A program made the translations under genes and the position numbers. From Tubiluchus corallicola (Eukaryota > Animalia > Priapulida), in NCBI GenBank assembly GCA_030141605.1, contig JAQGDQ010000129.1:380781-444780 (forward strand): DNA of 64,000 nt. The letters run 5' to 3'. The notes under the pieces were generated by a model. It did no database searches and had not been told where the DNA came from. It worked only from the letters and a program-made list of their open reading frames with translations. This document shows positions 12,896-53,455 of the stretch, one piece after another (positions within the stretch are counted from its first letter, which is position 1; each line of letters starts with the position of its first letter).

Positions 12896-14088
12896 ACAAC
12901 ATAGAGATTGTACAATACTACAAAAATGTACGGAAAAGGAAAATTTGAATGCCTAGTTTTTTTTTTTTGCTTCTGTTTATTGCCTTGTGATTATTGTTTT
13001 GTTTTTTCCTAACTAATACCAGGAACGATAATTCTATACCAAAATTTGTGAAAATTGTTAACGTTGTTCCCTACAGTCAGGCGTTTATGTTTTGTAGATA
13101 CCGTAATAATATTAATAATAGATAACTATAAGTTTACAGACCACAATTTATAATACAATAATGTCTTAACAATACAATATATAACTACACATCTTTTCAT
13201 CTAATACGATGAAACTAAACTTATTATACAGTTATAATAATTACATATTCAAGAATAATTATGATATGCTTAAATACAATTATCTAAAATTCCATATAGT
13301 TTAAACTATAAAACAGTGCTTTCTATAGCTGAGTACTCTAAACATAATATTTTACACAATTAAATGTACAATCGTTTAAAACGTAGCTAAAATAGGTCTA
13401 TGCTTTACAGATACAAGAAGAGTCCAAGAAATGCTTTCTATATTTAATGTTTCCAAAGACTGCAACAAATAAATTCATTATAATATTGTCAATATTCACT
13501 TATGAAGTCATTGTCCATAGCAAAATTTTATGCCTTGCTTTGCTACGCTAATTAGTCCAACAAATTTAGGCCGATGTAAAATGTGAAACAGGTACTGAAG
13601 ACCTAATAATAATAATGATAATAATCAACTAAAAAATTTTCATTACCTACGCCTACATTAAACGTTTTTTCTGCTATAGACATCAGTATACAGTCACAAA
13701 ACAACAATAGTATAAGATTAACGAAGTACAGTGAATATTAAAGCTAACACTGTCCACGATTTCCTAAACTTTATCAATAAATAAGTGAACGTGTTAAGAC
13801 GAACATTAATTTAACTAGCTCACTGGAATACGCATTCACACAAAATGTCAAAAATCGGTACAGAATGTCACAACACAGAAGGTTTTGTATGCCTGTGTGG
13901 TTGTGCACATTTATGCACAGACTTCATTTTTGCCAAAATATTCGGTCAATTCTCAAGTTAATTCACCATTTTGTTGCCATGTTAAAATCTGTCACTAGTC
14001 TCAGTGAGTCTTATCTTTCAGATTCGGATTTGACCCTGGGTTGCCAGACTCCGGCTTCTCTTATAAGACCCGTGTAACGTATTATGGT

Positions 14089-41009
<26,921 letters not shown>

Positions 41010-41530
41010 AATTGTTTTTGTTTGTTTTGTTTACCAACTAGCAACTACCTGAGAAAAACAGATTGCACTCAGGGCCACGTCACGCTGATATCAAGCAAAA
41101 TGTGTGAACGCTTGTGATCACTCGTAGATTCTTATCTCGTTATCTTGTCCTGACATTAACTACGTACACACGCGCACGATTGTACGCACCGCATCAAACT
41201 CACTTTTTGCTATGATTTCCACCAAAATTTGATCGCAAGACACACGTGCGCTTTCTGATTTATTTATTGTGTCTTATTCGTCGGCTCAATCAATCAGGAG
41301 TATCGATATGGACAGTCCTAAATAAGTGCTTTACTGCGCAGCTGCCGTGTGAAGAAGACAAGAGGATCCCATCAGCGTGTGAATAGTAGGCGGGCAACCA
41401 GCGGCCCGTTGCCATCGCAAGCCGGGGCGATCAGGGGTGTACCAGGGCATGGATGCTGCTTACTCCATGAGCATTATTTACATCACAGAGTCTGGTATGC
41501 GCCCCTCTCCTCCGAATATTTCGATAATTG
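41010..41530 (-). promoter_or_regulatory. Netrin 5' UTR / proximal promoter region
   Basis: Directly upstream of the ATG (context AATTATG). GC and CpG are locally elevated (gcggcccgttgccatcgcaagccggggcg). The TSS cannot be determined. Confidence 0.45.
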
Positions 41531-41815
41531 ACACTAAATTTCTTATAAGTTTAGGTGTATGATATAAAAAGATGCGCCTAAGAATTAATAAGCAGAAGGT
41601 GACTGAAGTTTTAGTTAAAATTTCCACTTTTGTTACATGATTCTGAAGTTCTAACTTTACAGCCTAGCAAAACTACAGCGACATCTGCTCAGATAAGGTA
41701 TTTTTATAACATTTTTGAAGGCTGATAATACTTTGTTAAGTTTATTGGCCTCACCAAAAACGCGTCTAAATGAATTGTATGAATTCAGAGTTCACTGGTT
41801 GAAATTGCCAGTATA

Positions 41816-41818
<3 letters not shown>

Positions 41819-41876
<58 letters not shown>
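41819..41876. repeat. (TA)n microsatellite upstream of netrin
   Basis: Pure tatata run. Confidence 0.98.
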
Positions 41877-41879
<3 letters not shown>

Positions 41880-44403
41880 TATTTAATACATGTAATAATA
41901 TTATATTGTTGATGAATAAACCATGTTGCATTACAGTAATTTTATTTTTGTTCACGATCATTCAAAATTTTTATGACTATATAGCTCACTATTGAATAAA
42001 CGAATATAGGTTAAAGAACAAACAAATGAATAATAGAACGAATGAATAGATACATAAATGAACAAGTGTTTTTACACCGTCACTTGGTTATGTGATGTAT
42101 CGCTGGTATGGATAATACAAGGCTGCATTTGTAACTTACAGATGCCCAGTAGTAATTAGATTTACAGCGTACGTAAAATTCAACTTTGAACTTTGATCCA
42201 TCTTTGACAATATTGATATCTATAGCTTGGTGATTCCTATTACCATCTGTGCAGCAATGTACACCCAAATGTTCTAAAAACGTGTTGTTTGGCCATTAAA
42301 TTAGCATTACTCGTATCAATCCCATTCTTTTCCCTAAAGTACCTGCCTATGCTCTTATCAGACGTTCAAAATATTTTGATGTGACACCTGATAAAGACAC
42401 CTTGCAGATTAGTAATTACATGTTCACCTTACTGTCGCATAACTTAACTCGATCTGAGGCTTGTGAAAGGTAGTCACCCTTTAGTCTACGCCCTGTCTGG
42501 GTGGTCACGTAAGCCAGGTGTTAAAACTGATCATTAGCATTGATGAGTTTTCTAATGCCTTCTATTCATGCCGCCTACAACGAAACTTGACTTGCAAACA
42601 GGTAAAAACAGTTTTATGGGATATAACCATGTAGCTAATTAAATAAAGCTTCACACACCTGGTGAGACTGACCCGCCTGAAAATGTCTTTACAGATAGAC
42701 TCTAGAAAATAAAGCTTCTGGCTGCAAGATATCTCAAAATATCAAGATAGATCTTGAAATTATTATGCACAGAAATTATTATAACTTATTTTCAGCACAC
42801 ATGGTGCTTCCAGAAGATAAACGAGTGTTAGAAGGAAAACAATGTTTAGTAAGTAATAATTCTCTAAATAATTTTGCGTGAATTGAAAAACAATTGCTGC
42901 ACATATTTTTATTTAATTAAACCTCTCTTATTAAACCGTTTGAATGTAAGCATAACATTAAAACATCAATACATGATTTGATTCACCAAGGTGTATCTAT
43001 GTCTCTGTGAAAGGTCAAGTCAGAATCTACAAACTGGCCGTATGACCAACAGATCTCATCACTCATCAGAGGTGTGAAGATGACATGCCGGCATTCAGTA
43101 TAATCGGCGAGCTCAAAGACATTCTAATTAGTGGAGCATTAACACTCAGTTGTCTCTACAAGACTGGACACAAGTACGCTTTACAGTCGGAGATGCAACT
43201 GCAAAGGGTGGACCAGACCAGGTGAGAACAGCATTGGAACAACCTGTATAGCTTTAAACACCTGTGCAAAAACCACGGGTAAACACTGAACACTCAGTTG
43301 TCACAGTAAATGCTGAACAGTCCAGTTTTATTATACTGTTAATCACCTGATGTATGGAGTTCTTTTAGTGGTACACTTTTCATTAGATTGCGTCACGTGA
43401 ACAGAAGCTAAAGGCCTATTCACATTTATGCTGTATATATTTATTTAAAGTATGTGGGACAGAAAAATGAGAGAAAAGGGAAGAGAGAGATGTAGGGAGA
43501 GATAGATGGAAGATAAAGAGGAAGATAGAGAGTTAATGAGAAACAACGAGAGAAAAGGAGGAAAAGAGGGTAGAGCGGGGGACATGAAGAGGAAATAGCA
43601 GAAAACAATTAAGTTTTACTTTCATGATGTTAGAAGCCAATAAAAATTAAATTAAATTTAAATTGCCCTATACGTTTGATTCACAACTATAGCTTCTGGC
43701 CTGTCTGGAGGACAGAACTGTAGGAGTAATTGCACACGTATCTGCAAAGTGAATAGGATAGTTTTGATGGAATGTATTTATACTTTCCCAAACTATGTTT
43801 GTGCATTAGATACGTGCTTTAACTAAATAGCATGATAATTAAGACAGAGTATTCTTTATTCGGTGCTGATCATTAGGCTGCAGAAATAACTGACCATAGC
43901 ACCGTGATATTTTGGTACTAAAAAAATGTATGATGCTAAACCATTTCCTTAAAAACATGTAAAAAAACATGAAACAGTAATTCTGGGTTCAAATAACTCT
44001 GACTAACAGCTTCAATCTACACAAAATTGTGTTATACAGAAGATCTTGATGGGCCACTCCAGGAACGTTGCAGCCACAGTTAAATCTACCTTTATGGAAT
44101 ATAAAATGCTCTTCAGGAGACTATATTTGTGCATAAGATAGACTATTTATTTGTAAACAACTGAAACTCTATTACTCCGCGAGTAAAACTACTTACAGCA
44201 AGGACCAGTAAGCCTTATATAGTTTTCTAATTTGCAAAATCAAATTGATTCCAAAACAAATTACTTCTATTTGTTGTACACTGTAAAATACATGTAAACA
44301 GTTTTTGAATGTTTGTGTTTGAATTAAATGACAAGAGAACAAAATTTTTCTTGAAATCTTTTGTTACTTATGAATTCTTGGTCAAGTTAAATTTCTTGCT
44401 CAC

Positions 44404-44484
44404 GAAATTTAAATTCTCGGCAATTTAAAATATGTGCCGCATAATTTTTATATTATATTTTAAATTGCCGAGAATTTAAATTTC
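44404..44484. repeat. Perfect 30-bp inverted repeat with a 21-nt spacer
   Basis: gaaatttaaattctcggcaatttaaaatat (44404-44433) is the exact reverse complement of 44455-44484. Confidence 0.95.
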
Positions 44485-44814
44485 CCAGTTGCATGTCTTT
44501 CAAACAGGTAACAGTAACTTTGTGTGGAAAGTTTTTTGGGACACATTATAATTCCGTTTCTTCTCCTGAAGTGACGCATAAAACCCACATTTTTTGTCTT
44601 TTAGACCTTAACACAGTAATGGTACGAGTACGGTAAGCAGCATTGTAGTCACAGTATTGTGGAACCCAACAGTAGTGTTGCAAATTAATAAAATGCTGAT
44701 GACGGGTCATGAATGTTTATGCAGTAGCAGGTAGTCAAGATCGTTAACATTCTCACAATAAAAATTTCAATATTTTAATAGTTATTTTCATTTTAATTTC
44801 ATTTTTTCTATATC

Positions 44815-44960
44815 TAAATTGATTTGATTGATTGAATATCTTTATTGACATAAACATATGATAATAACAATGTAATAATTCATGTGTTAATTAATACTGT
44901 AAAATGTTATTAAAGCTGTTTCCAGCCCACTTGGGCTTAATAGTTATCTAAATAGTTATC
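44815..44960 (-). mobile_element. Probable LINE 3' end fragment
   Basis: The minus strand has AATAAA followed by a (CAAT)n tail. The cccacttgggctta motif resembles cccatctgggctta near 4916-4930. Confidence 0.35.
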
Positions 44961-45654
44961 TAAAACTATATCTGTAATTGCAATGTGTATATTATAACTA
45001 ATACTACCAGGCTGAAGTTTCGTTGCTTTAGGCTGACAGCACTAATCAGGCGCAATAACTTTTCCAGATCTAATTCACTGTTAGGTAAATGTTAAAAATT
45101 ATCACGAGACGAAATATATCAAATTCACTGCATAGGTCCGTACTAAATGTTAAAAATTATTATGAGACCTAATTTGTAGTTCCTGACTAAAAATACAATA
45201 AGATTTTATTATTAACAGAAGTGATATGACATTAATAAAAGCTTGCAAAGTCAAAAACAATATTCAATCAAGCAAACATGTTTATGTTATTTTGTCAACA
45301 AATAATTTTATTATGTACCACTAAAATTTTGACTTTTGTACAGAATATTTACAAAAATTCATGGATTCATTACAGCATATTAATCGTACTTGCTAACACT
45401 GGAAATAGCAAGCAATAGCTCTACCAGTTGAACAAAGAAACACATGAAACACGTCATTTTTTTACATGAATAAAACAGGACATTTTTCAAAAGTGGCCAG
45501 TACGTTTTAAAAAATGTGCTTTTAACTCAGTTTCAAACTGATACCATACCACTGCATGCGTGATGAAGCAGCTTAGCACAATTTGGAATTTGTTCAAACT
45601 TTTTGTATCCAAATTTTCTTACACAGGTCCAATAGTCAGTGCTGAAAACAAATG

Positions 45655-48600
45655 CTACCGAAACTCATAGATCGGCACACTATGCTCAGCAACATGTTGA
45701 AGTGACAAGGACTGATACCTACAAAAACAGAAATTCTTGATAATTCTTACAATGCAGCTGAACTCAGAAATGAAGGCTCAGAAATCAAAAACAGAAACAA
45801 AATATTATTAACACCTAATGTAATAACATAACGTGTAAACTTTTCAATCGCTAAATACTACGGAAGTGTAATAGAGCTATTGAAGAAAAAATTTGAACCA
45901 AAAAGTGTTATAGTAAAATGAAAAGTCATTATCACGGAATAAAAAAATCATTGTACAACAAATGCTGCAACCGCTTCAATGCTATTTTGGTTTTCTCTAT
46001 GGTATAGTTTTAATCTGCTTATAATTTGTTTTAATGTTCTGTTGTTAATGATAATCATTAGTACATGAGCTAGATGTGTCAAAATTTTTTGTTATTAAAT
46101 CCGAGTTTAAAATACACCTGTACAAGTTCATTTCAATCACAATTGATGTAAAACATATTGGTCTATCGCTTTGCCCCTGCTGTAACGTAAGCTCGCTCAG
46201 CAGTATTCAGGACAACAGCTCACGTTGAACAACAACTGTCTAAGCTAAACTAAACTAAACTAAACAACATGACAGTCACAACTAATGTCTAATCAACAGA
46301 CAAACTGATTGCACAAATATGCAGAGCAGTAGCTATTTTTAAATGAATTTAACACTTCAAGTAGCCAAAAAATGACTTTTCAATTTAAAGAGAATGTAGA
46401 GACGAAGTTTCAAACCACTATAAAATACAGAGACATAAGTATAATAAAAAAACTAAGCCAGTTAGCTTTGCTTTACAATAAATGAGCAACAAAAATATTA
46501 AGTCTCTCTTGCCTTTAAACATGCGAACATCAAGCCTGCGATGTATGACTTCTTAACTCATTATGTAATAGAAAATGAGTCAGACAGTACACAAGGTTAG
46601 AGATCGATAGATGCAAAATACACACTAAATGAGCTGTTAGTGAATTGTTTGTCTGACTATGCAAGTCAAGGACTCTGAAGAAGTAGCCACGAGAAGCTGT
46701 CAAAGAAATGACAATGAGCATCTGGAAACCCGTACGAAATCACTGCACTATCACTGTTGTAATATTAACTACATTAGTGAGTCTAACATGAAAAATGCCA
46801 GGCAGAGTGCAACGACCCAGTTATTTTGGGTGAGTAAATCCACGGGGTCAAAAAGTGGTACCCTAACTGAATTCGATCATTTGTAACACCATGAAGGTTT
46901 GTTAGGCATGAAGTCAGACATTCTAACTCTCCCAATTGGGAAATTCCCAGTTTTAATAATAGCCTCCGTTTCTCCCAATTTTTAAATATTTCTCCTGATT
47001 TTTCATTAATTGTTACTACGCTGTAAACATTATACAAAATGAGATCTCAGTGAATATTCCCTATTTCTGCCCTTCTACCCTGATAGACAACGGGAAAGAA
47101 ATTGTCCAAGAATGCAGCAGGTAGAATATGTTAACTGATGTTTAATTTGGTGGATGTCATTGCGACTACTTGAGCTCCATCACTGGCAATGAGTTAACTT
47201 TGTCAATTTTCAGCACATGGCGAGATAATACTGGATAATGATAACAAACAGATAGTCGTTGACCACTGCAACATACAACTGTTTGACTTTATGATTTGAG
47301 CACAACCTAATAATTAATTATATGAAACTAACTATAACTCATATTTCCTTTTATTTTTAAAAAAATTACTTTAAATTGCTATCCGTTTCGATATTTCATC
47401 AGTAGGCGCTGCCATACTTAGTCTGCATACACATAACAACATCTTACGTGTAGGGGCGCGCGCTTGAATATACTGATAAGACATGTGTCCAATTCATCTT
47501 GCAACCAATTGCCAAAGCTGAATGTAGTCGTAAGTTGAAGACAGCCTCTATATCTACTGCTGCTGCTGTCATCATTGTCATTATTACTCTTACTGTCTCT
47601 TATTACAATATATAAGAAATGAAATAATGATTATGAAGATTTACCATTCTGAATTCCTATGATAGTAATAGCCTTCAATCAGGCCCTTTGACTTCTCAAA
47701 ACAAATATAATAGAAGCCAGCAAATGAAGCCCCATTTATGTCTTTAATTGTGTGATCTGGAACCAGGAAATGCTCCTGCAATGAATATACAAGCAAACTG
47801 CTTTAGAAAAACTGTCAGCAATTGAAAAACGTTAATTCAATTTGTTTTATTTTTAATGTAATATTTATAGTCACTTTGCATAGTTAACTCAAAGTCACTT
47901 TTCACTAGTTACAGTACAAAAATAGTGGTATTAAGCTTGTACATATAAATCAAAATAAACTCTATGTTTTAAAAGAATTAAACCGAAGTAAATGAACTTT
48001 CAGAGTTTTCCTAAAAATGGGTGGACAATTTCTAATATTCTAATAAATTCCAATGTGAACCAGCCAAGAGTGGAAATCCACGATCGGCAAAAATCTCAAC
48101 CAGCAAAAATGCATGAACTGCTGCAGAAATTGCAGTAGAACTGCTAGCCATCGCATTTTGACAATAATGTTTTATGTGCAGTCTTTCTGATGTTTATTTT
48201 GATGTAAAGGTTACTAACAAACTCATAACATGAAGACAAAAAAAATGCTGCCGTCACGTCAATAAAACTGCTGTTTACAATTCAAATTTCGAAAATCATT
48301 CAAAATTTCCTTAGTGAAATTTTCAATTGATATTATATAAGGTTTGAAAAAGCAAGGTTACAGTTATATTAGCTTTAGAGTAGTTAGTGCAGCTACAAGC
48401 AGTTACTTATTTATCTTAGTTACCAGTATTTAAAATTTATACAAACTGCATAAATTTTTATAATGTTTATCAAGACCAATTATAAATTGTACAGTATGAA
48501 GCATCACGCTATTGCTCAAGATTATACACTTGGACAAATTAAGAGAATCATGGTAATATCATAACTACGATATAGGCTAATATTGTTTTAGTCATACATC

Positions 48601-51600
48601 TCAAAAGTGTAATGAATTACAGAAAGTGCATTACTTGTACAAACTAAACAACACTCAGTTTTATATTACCTTCCATCTCATAAAAACAACATCCGTATGT
48701 CGTAAATCTTCGTAGTTAAAATCATCAGAGTTAAAATTCTTTGCATATTGATAAAACTGGTTAAACTTTCCCTGTAACATAATAAGCATTAGTCATTACA
48801 TGTTTGACATATTATTACCCATTTAGTATAATAGTATAGATCATTATACAATACAATATCAAAGGCACTAACTTTAATTGACTTTTAAAGTAAGAATGTT
48901 AGTGGACAGTCGTACAGGTACTGTCACAAAAACGATATGGACATCAAAAAAGCAGCACATCCAGCTAAAGTGCTATGCTCCAAGAACTGCTCTCAATCCA
49001 ACAGAAAAGAAAGAAAACTAGAAAATATGTGAAGTCTTTCTGCAATAGTTCAGCAAATTGTTAAAATACTCCCTATAAAACTTAGAGACTTCCGTATCTG
49101 GTATCTGCAGTCATACATCATTCTTCATGACGATATATTAGGCAATATTACAGTTTCTAAACACTATTGAGAATGTTAAATTTGGAAAGAGAATCACAGG
49201 CCATATACTCGCTCTCTGTGCCACACAAATTTGCTTAAATTGCTTTTCCCATTATCATGCCAACTGTACAGTAAGTAAAGTGTGTAAGTAAAAATAATTA
49301 AAGAACTAAATTTCTTGTATTTTGTTTCAATTCTGTCTCATGAAACTAAAAAATATCACAGCAGGTCTTCCATTAGAACATGGATTGACATAAACAAGGC
49401 AAAAAACACCTGAATACAATTTGTTACAAGTACTGATGACAATAGGATATGTTCATAATAATATTTTGCTTGCCTTACCCAGTGTTTTTTGTCCACATCT
49501 TCATCCGCATCCCACTTTCGTGTTAAAAATGGATATTTCTTGCTAATTATCTCTCCATCAAAAAATGTGGTAAGAGTAGGATACTCATCTGTCAACCCCT
49601 TAATTTTTAGATATCCGCATAGATATGAATTCTCTTCATCAACATGCTAAAATATGAAAATTGAGCAAAATTTCACAATCGTTCTTTATGTATTTATTTA
49701 TTTACATTATGACCAATTTATAAACTGCAAATTATGCATGCATACATACGATCCAATGATGCTGAATATCAATAAAATACTTTTAAGATGTAAATCAGGT
49801 AGTCAAAATACAAAATTTCTAGCATTAAGAAAATCTGGTAAATAAAGTGTTTCATACATAAAAATAAATCCATTAAGAACTACACTATAACTGGAATCGG
49901 GACACTCAATAGATGTGCAAACCAATGCCTTCATGTGAAGTCATTATGGGCAAAAATTTACTATTCTGTCACGTTTGACCTTGATCTCTTACCTACAAAA
50001 TCGTAAAGCAATGGGTTTCCAGTCCACTAGGTCTTGCCTTGACCAAACCCTGTGCAAAGTTTGGTGATTATAGTTTCAACTGTATTGATTTTATTGCGTG
50101 GACAGTCATATGCGACTAAACACTGTCTCACACTCAACAGCATGCACAGACCAATGACTTTGACAGCAATGCTGTCAAGAATGTCGACTCTGGTTGTGTT
50201 ACCTTTGGCTGTAATGTGGAAAAGGAAGACTTACACTAAACCAAAAAGCAACTAGTCCTTTTGGCAAAGATCAGTAGCTGGTCTCATAGGTTAAACTGTG
50301 AAGGAAGGCAACAATGACAAGTGGCTAAAAGGTGCCACTACAACCGAGTCAGCGGCAGTCCGTCTGACTCTGTCGCAAGTCAATTTCACAACCCATCTTG
50401 CACATCTCATTCCACTTGTGCCACAAAGAATAGTATTGAAATCATAGCATGAGGTTCACTTCCTAGCAAATTGATATTCATCTTGAACAAATCCGTGCTA
50501 TTGGCATTCTTTCCACTAACTGCTACTCCAAGTAATATCTTGGAACATTAACATCACCACCACATGCAGGAGTAACATTGCGAGGAACAAGAATTCTCGT
50601 ACATGAGAAAAAGTTGATGTCGTCTGCAACATTCTTGAAATGCAAAAGCCCACAAAAAGAGTACACTTGCACATTTAAAAGTGTTAGCATTGCACTCATA
50701 ACAAAAATACTCCAAAACCCAAATTAATTTTTTCATTTACCTGTATGTGTATGACAGTATGATTATATTTTTGTCTTAAATTGATATGGCATCTGGAGTT
50801 ATTACATTCCAGTATTGTAAAACTTGAGTGCCACCTCATGTTTAAATCCATTTTTCACCAATGGTTTCAACATAAACCTGTTATTATTGATGACTATGCC
50901 AAAGACATTTGCCAATGTGTTGTCAAATCATGCACATCTTTTTATTGCACTTTTTAAAGTTTTTACGTGAAACTGTATTTTCTGTGCTCATTACCAATAA
51001 AGTGAGACTGAAACTGGCAAATACTACTCAATATTCTAAATGCTGCTTCTTAACTTATGTGCTGCAAGTTGTGAAGTTCAAGTTTTTGCAGTCTCTCATA
51101 GTATACCTACTCCTAATTCCTTCAATGCAACACAAATTTAAAAGCTCTTCTTTTGTCATCCCTGTCAATGTAGAATCTAGTAACAGTTAAAGACTTGAAG
51201 ATGAAACGCAAATTCGACGACTGGTCTCACATGACTGTGACTATGATATTGTTTTCACACATAAAAGTAAAACACAGTTATAACAGTAATATTGGGAATG
51301 AGCAAATTTAGGCTGTGTGAGCAAAGCAGGTCTCATATGTATTTATATAGAGGAGGCGATTACTCTTTTCGCTTTTCCATTGTAGTTCCTTCTAGGTGTC
51401 ACTGCTGAGTTATTTCCAAGAGCTTTTTGTCATATTTTTAGACACCGATGCAGTGACGGCGGTACTGGTCAGATTACAATACAATGCGAGTTACCAAGGC
51501 GTTACTTGTGCTAATTAACACATTGATAACATTACACATTTTACACTGTATGGCGCGGAGCGTACCACTAGCCGAAGTAGGACACTTCCATTAAAGTGCA

Positions 51601-52486
51601 AGTGCTAAATTTGCGGAAAAGCGGTGTCGTACATGGGCAGCCCAAGTAAGGCACTGGCGATTCCTGTCGAGAATCAAGAATTATGACATAATAAAACATA
51701 AATTTAAATTTGTTTTAGAAAAAACTAATGATGGATAGTCCTTGACAATTCATAAATGTATTTTTACAATAATGTCAACATTATTATTAGCTCCATTAAT
51801 ATCATCATAACATTAAACTAAGTATCTAATGCTTTAAAGAGAAAAACTATGTATAGCACATAGCTCGCTAGCCCGTTTACTTAGTAGAAAACAATTACTT
51901 GTCCAAGAGGTAGTGAAACAGACCACATGTCTGTGAAGCGAGACAAAATAAAAAATGATATACATTACGCAAATGTTGGCATCGCCTAAAAAGCGCGCTT
52001 ATTTCACTTCAAAAAGATTAATATCGAAGCCAAATTTAATATTGGCTGTTCTATTAGCTCTGAATAAGATTCTTTTATTTTATCAGATGTATAATAAATT
52101 ATTCAACGTGCACTGACGTTTTCAATTATAATATTATTAAATAAACAAGGACAACGGACGCTGCCTACTTGGGCTAGCCCATGTACGCCAACTGTCCTAT
52201 TTCGACTAGTGTCCTACTCCGCCTCCAACAACACTATAGGTTTAATAAGTAAGCATAACCGAAAAAGTTATTGTTATTTTCGTATAATTATGCTGTCACA
52301 TTCACAGTGTTAAAATACACGTATTCCTACCTGAAGCAGCACCTCCACGTCATAGCAGTTTCCTTTACTTTTCTGATTACCTTGAAATCTGGAACCATTG
52401 TATAACAAAGTTTCCGTTACTCCTGGTTGTTTTGAATGTGCGGGCGCAGGCGGCTCAATTTTAAAACTACAATTTCTAACAGGCAT
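45655..52486 (-). CDS. GID4: Glucose-induced degradation protein 4 homolog (Pro/N-degron receptor of the GID/CTLH E3); 5 exons: complement(join(45655..45718,47645..47775,48670..48771,49479..49646,52331..52486)), 206 aa
   Basis: MPVRN...[33 protein letters not shown]|[56 protein letters not shown]|GKF...VFMRWK|[26 protein letters not shown]...[11 protein letters not shown]|[20 protein letters not shown]. All introns are GT-AG, and the conserved C-terminal YEFR anchor is present. Confidence 0.96.
49950..50110 (+). mobile_element. Short interspersed element of the TGACCTTG...CAAAGTTTGGT...GACAG type (Helentron/HINE-like)
   Basis: tttgaccttgatct...tgtgcaaagtttggtgatt...gtggacag. Related fragments are near 5420, 11590, 13035, 53695 and 56500. 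The family assignment is from recalled motif similarity. Confidence 0.45.
51554..52224. mobile_element. MITE with imperfect terminal inverted repeats in GID4 intron 1
   Basis: Left end: gcggagcgtaccactagccgaagtaggacac...cgtacatgggcagcccaagtaaggca. Reverse complement of the right end: gcggagtaggacactagtcgaaataggacag...cgtacatgggctagcccaagtaggca. The interior is AT-rich and non-coding. Confidence 0.75.
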
Positions 52487-53199
52487 TATGCGTTTATTCT
52501 TCAAATTCTACGTTTACATTTGGAACTTGTTCGCATGTACTGTAGCGCAGAACCTGAATTGGCGGCGCACCGTTATTCATTACTATAAAACATAGATCGT
52601 AATCTTGCAGAGGCGACAGAGATACAGAGTTAGCATACATCTTCCGTGTAGTTATTTTGCCACTTGCAACCTTGTCAGTTTATAGAGGTTGCAAAAAATT
52701 ACACACTTATAGTAGTACCAGATAGTAGCAATAATGTGCATTGATATCTGGGCTAGTTTTTCCAAGTACATGTAGTAGCAGGCTGGTTTTGTAGATGTCG
52801 AATTATGCTGAGGACCTAAATATGGCGTCATTGCTTCAGTGACCGTTGCGTCTAAACAGGCAATTGCAGCTGTCATTCAAAGTAGAGGGTAATAATAATA
52901 AGCGAAATCAGATCGGAAATGAGCATTAATATAATAGTAAAATGTGGTTGCATAACGACCTTTTTATAACATTCGGTGTGACATAATTATAGTAGGAACT
53001 TCACCTTGCTCATCAGCAAAGATAATTTTAGTCGTGTCTAAATGGGTATCAATATATTTTTTCTATAACAGACAAACAGCCCAGATATAGATCATGATGA
53101 TCATCTATTAAATTTTAGTATTTATTGCAGAGGGTTGGAAATGTTAATTCACGAAACTCACAGTGAAATGAGTAAATCAGTGGCGAATTCACACTTTAG

Positions 53200-53455
53200 T
53201 CCCCCAGCAAACTATGAATTGGGCCCCAACCATGTGGCAGGAGCGCAAAGCTCAATCGCCTATACCAACTCATCTGCTAGTGTATAAGAACAACAGAACT
53301 GCCTTTAGTAGGGACACACATGTTGTCTTCATGTTGTTCTTGAAGCAGCTACTGGAGTACTTACACTTGAGCGAGTTCCTCCCAAGCAGACTATGAAATG
53401 AGGCCAAACCATATACAGCAGGAGCGCAAAACTCGAGCCTACCATCAACCAACTT
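53200..53455. repeat. Two ~70-bp imperfect direct repeats about 180 bp apart
   Basis: ccccagcaaactatgaattgggccccaaccatgtggcaggagcgcaaagctc vs cccaagcagactatgaaatgaggccaaaccatatacagcaggagcgcaaaactc. Confidence 0.7.
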
